Assembly: GCA_037447605.1 (NCBI GenBank)
Contig: CM074808.1
Location: 496,001-560,000, forward strand
Reading direction: 5' to 3'
DNA from: Zygnema circumcarinatum SAG 698-1b
Taxonomy: Eukaryota > Plantae > Zygnematophyceae
Length of the DNA stretch: 64,000 nt
This document shows, piece by piece, positions 11,889 through 22,357 of the stretch. The number at the start of each line of letters is the position of its first letter. Position 1 is the first letter of the stretch. Below the pieces are notes generated by a model that did no database searches, had not been told where the DNA came from, and worked only from the letters and a program-made list of their open reading frames with translations. Position numbers and translations under genes: made by a program.

Positions 11889-13656
11889 CTCTCTCTAACA
11901 GGTGTCTTTCACATGTGCAGATTGTGCAGTACAAGGGCTGCGAATGGTCGAAAGAAGAGGGCCACTTGGTGCGCCACATGTTGATGGAGTACATGCCAGC
12001 TGGCAGTCTCGCAGACCTCATCAAGGTAAACATCTCTCGCTTTCAAACCACCTCTCTCTCTCTCTCTCCCTTTCCCCCTCTCGCTTCTCTCTCGTCAAAC
12101 CCCTCTCCCTTTTCTTAGCTAACTCCCTCCCTCCCTCCCTCTCTCTCTCTGCAGGAATTGGGCGGTCACCTTGAGGAAACTCTGATCCGAAACTACACAA
12201 AGGACATCCTTGAAGCTCTCTCATACCTTCACAGCCAAAACATCGTCCATGGAGACATCAAAGGTCACAACATCCTTGTTGCAACTTCGGGCGTCAAAAT
12301 CGCTGACTTTGGAACCTCCTTCAAGGCTGGAAACGCTCCGCGAAAGACGAAACATTGTGGAGAATGCGTAAACCCTAAACCCTCGGACGAGCTTCTCTGC
12401 TTCGATGCCCGGCAGCAGGCGAAGTTTAAGTGTGGAGTGAAGGGGACCATTTCTTGGATGAGTCCGGAAGCTGCAAAAGATGAGGTCCCCCAGGGGACCG
12501 CTGGGGACATCTGGTCCCTCGGCTGCACCATGATTGAAATGGCGACTGGGAGGCCTCCTTGGAGCGAAATTCAAGGCGGAGCCTTTGCTGTTCTGTACGC
12601 CATTGGATGCACGGAGAATCTCCCCGAGGTGAGGACCAAAACAGCAATTACTTTGTTTATTTTTCAAGACTAGAACATTAAACAATCTAAACAAAAAACA
12701 CTTTTAAGGATGCATTAAGAGGGGTTGCCAACAGTCTTCTAACAGTCTTCTTTTTTATGTTTTTTTTTTCTTTGCAGCTGCCGGCCGGACTCTCTCCCGC
12801 AGCTCACGACTTTGTCACCAAGTGTCTTCAAAGGGACCCTGAGAAGAGGCCAACAGCCGCGGAGCTGCTTCAGCATCCTTTCATTACCGACTCTCCTTTG
12901 AAAGTGAAGCTCACGATAAATGAGTCTATGGCCAAGAATTCTTCCTCAGATGATAACTCCCCTACCAGCCCCTCCTTCACCCCGAGCTCTCCCTCCATGT
13001 TCGTGCCTCTTCGAAGAGTCCCTTCCGCGGACTCTCCCTCCTCTCCCCTCCCTTTCTGGGCGCCATGGATGACCCCTGAACCCTGCCAAAGGAAAGAGGG
13101 GGGACTTGCAGAAGCTCCGAAACTGCTTAAAAGGTCGAGAATGGAGGCCTTTCCGGAAGCAAGCGTTTCGAGCCTTTGCTTAGATTTCTCGGATTCGGAG
13201 AATGCGCAGGAAAATGAAGTTACTTCTGACAGTCGACGTGCTTCGATGATTGATGCTATCTCAAAGGGGAAGGGGAGCCTTTCTCAGTATCGGTCAATGA
13301 AGAGGTCGGTAGAAGGAGGGAGAGGGGAAGGAGAGGAGGTAGAGCGACGGAGAGAGGGGAAGAGAAACCGGCTGCAGTGGCCTTCTCCTGTGGAGATTCC
13401 GACTCGGTTGAATGCGTGGGACGAGCTTGAATCCATGGCTCCCATTACGCCTGACATGTTCGGATGCCCTCCTTCTCCTTCACCTTCTTCTTCGTCTCCT
13501 CCTTCCGTCAGCCCCAACGGAATAAAGTTCATGGAAAGCAGCAGCTTCAATAGCAGTGAATTGGGGCGGGCGGAAAGCTTTGGAAACTTTGCCGCTGGGC
13601 AGTTTGACTTCTCGGATCTGCGCAGAAAATGGATCGTGGTCCGGTCTCCAAGGTGA
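11492..13656 (+). CDS. MEKK-type MAP kinase kinase kinase (MAPKKK15-21/NPK1-like), ~553 aa
   Basis: Exons 11492-11695, 11921-12025, 12155-12628, 12778-13656, all phase 0. GSGSYG, FAVK, HGDIKGHN, DFG, GTISWMSPE, DIWSLGCT, GRPPW; Ser/Pro-rich tail ending WIVVRSPR. Confidence 0.92.
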
Positions 13657-13774
13657 AAGGCAAAGCAGTTTGAATAAAGAAAGCTTATGCTTTCTAAATG
13701 CTTTCATGAGAAAAAAGGGGAGGGAGAGGGAGAGGGAGAGGGAGAGAGAGAGAGAGGGAGGGGGGGGGGGGGGG

Positions 13775-13784
13775 NNNNNNNNNN
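13775..13784. other. Assembly gap (10 N) inside a GGGAGA/poly-G tract
   Basis: N run. Other gaps: 38446-38455, 54519-54618 (100 N), 58000-58009, 58451-58460. Confidence 1.
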
Positions 13785-16700
13785 CGGGAGGGGGGGGAGA
13801 CATAGGGCTTCTTTAGGTCATATGTCAATAAGGACTTGTTCCAGTCTGGGACAGGCGACAATGCAAGAAGGTACATCATCACACTAGAATAAAAACATTC
13901 CATTTAGGGAATTACGAGCTTTGGGGGGCTTTTGAAAGCTGTAGAGGAAAACTCAGATGCTCTATATCTGGTAGTTCAAAAGAAGAAGCGGCGGCTTCAT
14001 GCGTTGGTCGATGATAAAGGAAGCGACCGATGGCTCTGTGTTTTTGCCTTCTTCTTCTTCTTCTCTCCTCCCTCGCTGAGGAGGAGGAAGAGAGGGAGGA
14101 GGTTCCCTGCAGAGCCCAACGGTCACATGGCAGCGTCCAAGGGACTCAGTCCCTCAATAAAGGGCTGCCCATCGGCAAATGCAGGCAGCGTAGAGGAAGG
14201 GCTGAAGAGCATGTAAAGCGGAGATTGGCTCTGAGCCCCCTCCTCCTCCTCTTGTACTTTCCATCTTGTAATTTTGGAAACTGAAAGTTTTTCTGAATCT
14301 GTGAACTTTTTGGAGCGTAAAACTTCCAGCATGCGTGTGTGTGTGTGTGCTGTATCTTGTGAAATGGTGTGTTAAAGATATCGAAGTAAAGGTAAAGGTT
14401 AAACCAATTGGAGGTCTCCAAGTGGAACGAGAAGCTTACTTGTCAAGTCATAAGCAGACACGTGTACGGGAAGGTGCCCTCCAGGCAGAGCTTCTAGGGA
14501 AACCCATCCTTCTATCCTCCCCGAAACTCTCTGTGTAGTCAACAACAACAACATGGAGGTATCTTCCAATGGCAACTTTGCACACTTGCCGAATTTCATT
14601 GGACGATTTCCATCGACTTGAAGCTCTCAATAGAGAAGGCCCTCTCTCGACGAGAAGCGAATTGACATGGATCACCCGATGGCCATGCATGATGCCGTCG
14701 AAAGGCCAAAATCAATGTCCATACACACATTGGCAACATGAAATCCAAGTTGAACCGGTCAACAAGTGGCCTAGGAAGGACCGGCAAGCTTTGGGCGCAA
14801 CAAAAGAAGGGTTTGGCGACGACGTGCGGTCAAACCGGCTCCACTCGGCGGTTACAGCACTGCGCGCCGCCGCTCTGGCCAATCAGGTACCGTCACGTAG
14901 GACGAACTGATGACATGGCAGACGGGCATTGGTTGGGGCCGCCGACGAGACCCTCAATCGCAACTCAACAGGTGCCGTACGACATAGGCCTTGCAACGGC
15001 TCAACGCAGATTTAGAAATTTCTTAACATAGAAACGACATGGAACCACGGGATCTTGTCGTCAGATATGGGAGCTTCGTGTCCTTTTTTCGTACGGTCTG
15101 CAGACCTGCATCTGCCAAAAAAAAGAACAACTTTCCTTTCTATCCTTTCTATTTTTTTCCCTTTGTCGCCATTGGCTCCACGTATCTCGGAGCCGCCTTT
15201 TCCCATCATAGAACGACCCGATCCATGTCGAATTGCCAAAATATCTTAATTTCTCGCTTTACAGCTACATAGAAACGAGCGTCACGTCACGCTTCCACGT
15301 TCAAAGTGTGCCACGTGGCAGTCGCTTCTCCCGGAAACGGAGGGCTCCCCGCCGTCGGTCAAAGAACGGATCTGCAAAGTGTCGGTGCCCCACAAACCGA
15401 CAAAATCCCCCGCCCAGGCCGTCCTCCCGCCCCGCCGGCCTCCCCCCTCCGACGCGTAGGAGGGCGCCCTCTTGGAAAGCTCTCAGAGGCGGCGGCCATG
15501 GCTGCCAGGGAGGTCTTGGAAGCCGCATAGCGATCAATAGTGAGAGAAAAAAGGTGAAGTGAAGGGAGAATCTTTGTTTATAGCTTCGGTAACGTCAGGT
15601 GGAATGGCGTAGGGTGTGGGAGGAGTGGTGTTTGCAGAGATTTGGAGAGTTTTGTAGAGGTCTCGCAATAGGAATGACGAGGGCAGCGAGAGAGGAGGAG
15701 TATTAGGGTTGTTTAGGCTTCTGGAGAGGCTTCTGGAGTTTCATATTTTGTGATTGGAGACGGTTAAACTGCAGTTCGGATGATGGACAAATGAGGGGAG
15801 TTGGTCGAGAGGAAGATTGCAGGGTTGCAGGTTCCAGCATGGATGTTATGTAGGGAACGATATGTTGATATAAATATATTTCAGATCGCAGGGTATTTCA
15901 CAACCTCTCGTGAAACAATTTGTTCAGGCGTTTGGCGACGGGGCGGTTAGGAAGGAGCTCGGTTGATTCTCTTGGGCAGCGCTCCGCTCGTCTTTTGCTT
16001 TTATCCTCTGGAATGGAATGAATTGGAAACGCGGGCGAGCTTACAGAGTAGAGGACATTAGAGGCAAGAGGCGACGTTTCAAGTGTAAGTGCAACATTTG
16101 GACAAAGTGTGTGATGCCTCGAACATCGTAAGCATGCATACCTTTGAACGGCATTGAAATTCTTGGACCCTTTAGGTTGCCTCAAACGCAAAAAATAATA
16201 CTCAGCCTGGAATGTAGATTGCATTCTCTTCAGCTCCCCACTTGAAGGGAGATATATGAACCTTGTTGGATTGTTTGAACGGCTGCTATTTTTTAAACAA
16301 GTTTCATTTGCTGATTCATATACTGTCTTGACATTCTTCTTACTGGGCTATCTCGCTCGTATCACAAAGAGCGAGGCCAGGTCTTGTGAAATTCACAAGT
16401 GAAGGATAATGAACACCTAATCGAGAGATTCGTTTGCTTTATGTTTGCTGCACTTCATAAACACAAGTATTGATGTTTTTCTGTATGTATCTCGGAAAAT
16501 CATGTCTATATGCTGGTAGTCCTTGCGTTCTCTCCCCACATTTCCTACAACCTGCTCACCGTTGTTTGTCTGGTTTCTCATCAACCACGTTGCCAACTTG
16601 CATTCACCCGCTCAGGTGAACAGTAGCTAATTCATAGCTAATGAAGTCCCTAGGTTGCCATTTACAGAACGACTGAGGCCATTAGGTGACATTCGATTTT

Positions 16701-17064
16701 CCTCCCATAATCTTGACTCTACATTTTTGCAGGCAATCCGTTTTTTTTTTTTGCTGCCATAGGTTTTCCGTTTGTCTACTGGTTCTTCCTTTCCTCAATC
16801 AGTGTGCTATTTCTTGTAGGGGTTAAACTTTCCCTGCTTCCTCTTTCTGTTGGGAGTAGAGACGATACTGGCAATGGTTCTTCATGTCTCCCTTACAGTG
16901 TTTTGCTGCCTGATTCTTTCTTGCTCACTACATAGCAAGGATTTTATAACTTGAGCCGTGGTTCTATGACCACTTTACTTTCTGCTTCACTGTTCTTGAC
17001 TACTGACACTAGATTGGAATATCTGCGCAGGAACTAGCAGTCTAGGAATTCCATTAAGTGTCGA

Positions 17065-19117
17065 ATGTCAGGAATCAAGATAGTGAAGGAGCTGTTGGCG
17101 CAGCAAGAGGGAGTCATGGTTATGGGAGGGAATAAGGTGAAAAAGTGTGTTGGGGGAGGCTGGAGAATGGATGCCATCCAAAGGCCAAACGGTTACTTGG
17201 GCAGCCCCGTCATTGGCGGCGAAGGACCTGGAAAAGCAGAGCTGCTGAGAATAGGAGGAGAACAAGTGAGAGGACAGGCAAAGAAAAATCTTGGTAAAGA
17301 GATCGGCGGAACCCACTCTGTGAGTGCAAAGGCCAGCGATAAAACGTCAGGGAAGGTCGAGGAAGGTGCAAGTCAGGCGCGCAGCAAAAGCAGCGACCCA
17401 CAGGCTTCTGATATTGACGGGGAAGAGGGACAGCCCTCCCTCGCCCACCAAAAGAGAGGCTCAGATACGAAGTTGGAGGAACAAAGAGAGAAAAAAGTTC
17501 GAATAGGGGGCTTGCTAGCAGCGGACGAGGAAAAGGAAGCAGGTTCAAATAGAAAGAATCCGAGTTCTGGTTCAGTAAAGGGTCAGAAAGAAAATGTGGG
17601 TTCAAAGGAGAAAAATGAACGACTTGGGAGGGGGCAACGGAGAGCCCGGGAAGGTGCGGGGCAGAAAGAGGGAGCACTAGCCATGCGGGTGAAAGAAGAA
17701 GGGAGGGAAAGACGAAAAAATGCTCAAAAACGGAGAGCAGAGGAGCAGCATATGTACTGGAGCTGGCCTTCTGCCGGCGCGACAAGAAGTAAGAAGAAGA
17801 AGAAGGGGCAAAGCGGGCTCGTAGCGGAGGAGGAGGACATGAATGGAAATGATGCAGAGAAGGACAAACGGCCAAAAGACAGAGTGGCAGAAAGCCTGAA
17901 AGGTGGGAAGAGGGAAACAGCAAAGCAGGTGGGAGAGGTGGTAGTGGAGAAGAGAGGTGTAACGGAAGGAAATGGGCGTGAAGAGTGTCCACTGAAGGGT
18001 GGGGATTTGGGAACGGATGAAGACTGGAAGCAGGGAGGGGGCGCACCAGCTGTGCTGCCAAAAGGCAGGCGAAAAGAGAACGAGAAGGAGCAGAAGGAAG
18101 CTGTTAGAATCCAAAAGGTGGTGGGTAGACCCTCTTGTAAACGAAGGTAGGTCTGCCAAGCAGACTGTGGCTCCCGCGGTCCTTGTGCTGCAAATCTTGG
18201 TGGTGAAGAAAATGGATGCGATTGAAAATCAGTGAATATTCACATTGTTGTGTGTAGTTCAATGCAGGCGTACGTCGTGCTCAGGCGATTGATTGTTTTC
18301 CCATCTTTTTGCATGTGTTCCTCAGAGCCATAAAGTTGACCCCGCCTGCCCCATCTCTTGTGAACCACGGGCGTGAGAGTCGCCCAAAGAGAGCACCAAA
18401 AAAAGCAGTGGTGCAGCAGGAGAAGGAGCCGCCCCCCAAAAAGCTCTTTTTGCTCGTCCCGTTGTCGAAAGAAGAGATTGACGCAGATTTTTTGGCTATT
18501 TCCGGGCACAGATGCCCATCAAGGAAGAGGAAGCCGCGACTTCCTTCTCAGGTGAGTCTCAAGTGTCAAGATGCGCACTTCTATGCATGCAGGACGCACT
18601 AATTTGGAATAAACCCTGTGAAATGCATTTTTTGGAGTACTCCAAACCGAGGTTTGGACTAATCTGAAGAAGAGGGCAACAAAACAAAGATCACTAAATA
18701 CTTGAGCCGCTTACTGATTTGTGGGGAAAGGGAAAAAGGGTTTATAATTTACGAAAACGGTTGCTGGCCCTCTGTCCCTTTCGCCTGCAGCATAAGATGC
18801 TTAGCGAATTGCAGGATGAAGATTCGTGAGCATTGTTTGAAGTACTACGCGTGTCCATATGTGTTATAAAAGTCATCCGTTTCCTACTCACGGCATGTTT
18901 CATTCGGTTGTAGTGTTGTGAAAAATGGGAAGGCATATCATTACTTCAGAGTTCATAAGCGCTTTCCAAAGGAGATTGTTAGTTGCCTGTTGCGGTTGCC
19001 GTTCCATGTCGGCCGGCGGTAAATGACGGCAGCCAACTATATGGCTGAATTAAGGTGTTGGAAATGCAGGTGTCTGTAGACCGGTTGTTGATAGTCGTCG
19101 AAAAGGGGATGCATTGA
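17065..19117 (+). CDS. DUF1639-domain protein with long charged low-complexity N-terminus
   Basis: Exons 17065-18146, 18326-18551 and probably 19070-19117. LLVPLSKEEIDADFLAISGHRCPSRKRK matches my recollection of plant DUF1639 (LSxEEIxxDFxAMxGxxPxRRPKK). Probable 5' UTR intron from about 15589 to 17030. Last exon less certain. Confidence 0.75.
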
Positions 19118-20371
19118 GAACGATAAAAGGTAACATTGAGTTTGGAGGTGGGAAATGTATGCATCTTGCAGATGGCGTTGGCCCTTGGTACGGCTCTCTC
19201 TCACCCCAACTGGCAGTACTATTAGGGGCCTGCAAGCAAGCTTCTCCAGCGGTTGGAGGTAAGTTCTTTACCTACGTGGCCTTGAACAAATTCTCGTTTG
19301 GAGCACAAGCAAACCCACCAACTGTGAGGAAACAGAAGTTTTTAGGAATCATGCCTGAGCCAGTTAATCTCCTCACTTTAAATCCCTCACGGGGTCTCTA
19401 GTACTCCTATATTGCAGGGCATGCTAACAAACCTTACAGATTAACCTGAGGACTGGCCTCGTCTTTTTAACGCACACATTAGATATCCATGCCCGGCTTT
19501 TGGTTTCGTTTCAGGTTTTGGGTATTCATTCCAGTTCTTGTTGTTTGATGTTTCAATGCGTGATTCCTGACTCGGCCACTCTCTCCTGACTTGCAGTTTT
19601 ACGATGTGTCCACTGCCATACATCCTCTGTGAAGCCAAACAGTAGCTGAGCCAATAGCTGAGCCTTTGAAACCTTTTGAATGGACATGGTACGTCAAAGC
19701 CACATATCTACCAAGTATGGCCAAGCCTGGCCAAGCCAAGCCAAGTAATGACCGTAGCAGAGATGCCTTCCTGCCTCAATTAGACCATAGCAACCGAAAT
19801 TAGGCATAGAATGTTTCGTGTGGCCTTTAATCAAATTTAAGCCACTTATCCAAGACTGGCAACCCGCATTTCCGTACTTTATTCAATATGGAATTTCTTC
19901 GGCAATAAGTTGAACGAGGAGTAACCATGTCGCTCATGTATGGCGTGATCAGCCACGCTGTTGGGATCAATGTTGGCATGCAAGCCACTCAAAATGGACT
20001 TCCATGGTATGCTCGACATCAGAGACCGACACACGCATGCCGATGTGCTTCACATGCGCACGTGCATTGAGCTGGAAGGCGACACATCTCAGAACAAGGC
20101 TCAACAAAATATGAGGGTGATGGAATGTATTCTACCAGATTCATGCTCACAGAGGAGCGTACATATGTAGTGATAAGGCATGCGTCGACGGGCACAGGCT
20201 TTAAAAGGTTTTAAGATTGCAAAGTTCTTAAATTTACAGTTAAAATACCACGACTTAAAAAAATTGCTAACAAGTGACGAACTGCTATCAACTAACATGC
20301 ACATGAAGGATGCTTGGATGTGCCAAAAAACCGCTCACACGCGGTAGCAAGAGTGGGCCCTTCACCGAGAG

Positions 20372-20870
20372 TCAAGTGTAAAGGGAGTCGTCGTCATCTC
20401 CCGTGCCCAGCCGGTGGGCCACTCCTCTGGGCCGCATTCCCAGCCGCATCTCCTTCTCTCGCAGCTCTTTCAGCTTCTTCTTCGACTGTTCCACCTCGTC
20501 AGCAGCCTTCTTAGCGAGCCACTCTTTCTTGCTCCTCTCCACCTCTTCCTGCCTTTTCTTCACCATTGCCTGCCTCCTCTTCTCCAGCTCTGCCTCCCGT
20601 GCCAGGTCTGCATACACACCCAATATGTCCGTTGAAAATAATCTAATGTAATTTATTACTGGGGGTTTGGAATACCTAGGGCAACGGCATCCTGCAAGAG
20701 AGCTCACCTCTTCTCTGAGAGAAAAAAGCTGAAAGCTTTTCCTGCACCCTTGGCTTCAGGTAGGCGTAGGCCAGCGCCCCCAGTAGCAAGAACCAGCCAT
20801 AGCGCTCGAGAGAGGCACGCAGCAGCTCGAGCGCTTTCCAGAACCAGTCAGGCCCCCGGTTGAACTCCAT
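20372..20870 (-). CDS. Small single-pass membrane protein with coiled-coil tail, selenoprotein S (VIMP)-like, 132 aa
   Basis: Exons 20870-20708 and 20607-20372 with a 100-bp GT-AG intron in phase 1. YGWFLLLGALAYAYLKP TM segment, then charged helix LAREAELEKRRQAMVKKRQEE. Family call is by recalled resemblance only. Confidence 0.6.
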
Positions 20871-21229
20871 CAGGGCGTCGCCAATATGCGAGAGTCAGGA
20901 GGGGTAGGTGGGGAACACGTGGCACATGTGGACAGCGCCACGTGTCGCCTGGGACACGGTTCTCCTCACAGCTGGACGTACAAGGGGCGCTTGCCCCCCC
21001 CAGAAGAAGAAGACTTCAGACAGATGCCTCTGAAGCGTAGATTAAGCACTCAATTCAGCCCCAATCAGTCCCTGGCCATACCCTTAGCCTACAGTTAAAA
21101 CGGCTAACCCTAATCGTGGTTCATGCTAACCCTAACCCTAATCCAAATCCCCCTCACCCGGATACCTTACTTTCTTAGAAAAACAAGAAACTCTGTAACT
21201 TGAGCCTAACTCGAGCCTAAACACCACAG

Positions 21230-21800
21230 TTCGGACCAGTGGATCGGCAACCATTGGACAACCATTGGATGGCAATGGTTGGACGTCTACTGGTTGGCAA
21301 CCAGTCGAATGGTTGTTTCGGTCCGCAACCACTGGTTGGCAACCAGTCGAATGGTTATATCCATTAAATCAAATGGTTGGCAACCATTAAATCACTAGTT
21401 GTAGCGAACTGAACGCTACAGCTACCAAAATGCCGTCGGCGTTTCGGAGAAAACTATTACGGTTCGGCCGTACAGAATCTCCGTACAATCGTACGACTCG
21501 GCTGTACGAATCCGTACGCATCTGTACGCATTAGGCTTGTTACACTAGTTGTCAACGGTTGGCAACCCACCAAAAAACACATACGACCCATTTTTGCAAT
21601 TTTTTTTAATTTCAGAAATTCAATGGTTGCCAACCATTGGATCACTGGTTCCGAACCAGTCGAATGGTTGTTTCAGTCCTGCGCCACTGGTTCCAAACCA
21701 GTCGAATGGTTGTTTCGATCCGGCGGCACTGGTTGCCAACCAGTCGAATGGTTGTTTCGGTCCGCAACCACTGGTTGCCAACCAGTCGACTGGTTTGTCT
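21230..21800. repeat. Palindrome arrays (ACTGGTT-N3-AACCAGT and AATGGTTGNCAACCATT, ~42-bp period)
   Basis: Two sub-arrays, 21230-21390 and 21620-21800. Segment 21565-21830 is nearly the reverse complement of 50830-51087 and 57550-57811. Confidence 0.88.
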
Positions 21801-22357
21801 AATGGTCCGATCTGTTTACACTGACCCGGTGGCGCTCTTCCCTTTTCAAACCCTCCCCCTCCCCCTCCGTCATACTCGGTCGCTGCCGTCGACGGACGCT
21901 CCATGTGAGCGTCGCGTGCGACCGTTCAGAATTGAGTGAAACTTTTATTACATAGAGCTTCAGTTTTCTCGCCCGTACTGTACGAAAAACGACACAAGAC
22001 ACTGGTCAGCCTGCGCGCACCTCCTCCTAGGCTATTCCCGCCGGTGATTGGTCGAATGGCGTTGTTGGGCTGTAAGAAGTACATAAAACAGGAGTTTTTA
22101 TCCGATTCGTACCAAATTGAGACACACCAAAACCTGTAAGGCAAAAGATCCGTACGGCAGCCAATACAGTACAGTACAGTACAGTACAGTACCGTACATT
22201 AAGTGACCCGTACAGTTAATAAAGTGGCTTTCTATGTGAAAAAAAAACGAAAAATTGAACGGCGTTCGCTGGCGCCCTTCGGCAGTTAGGGTTTGCGGGC
22301 CGTCCGGAAAGCCGGGGGCCGCCAAGGGAGCTTCTTTTTCGGAGGGAGGGAGCAGCC

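Noticed and set aside
13932-15031. Short ORFs including a signal-peptide-like MALCFCLLLLLLSSLAEEEEE (14030-14284)
   Set aside because: The hydrophobic and acidic stretches come from (CTT)n/(GAG)n repeats; no known peptide-hormone motif.
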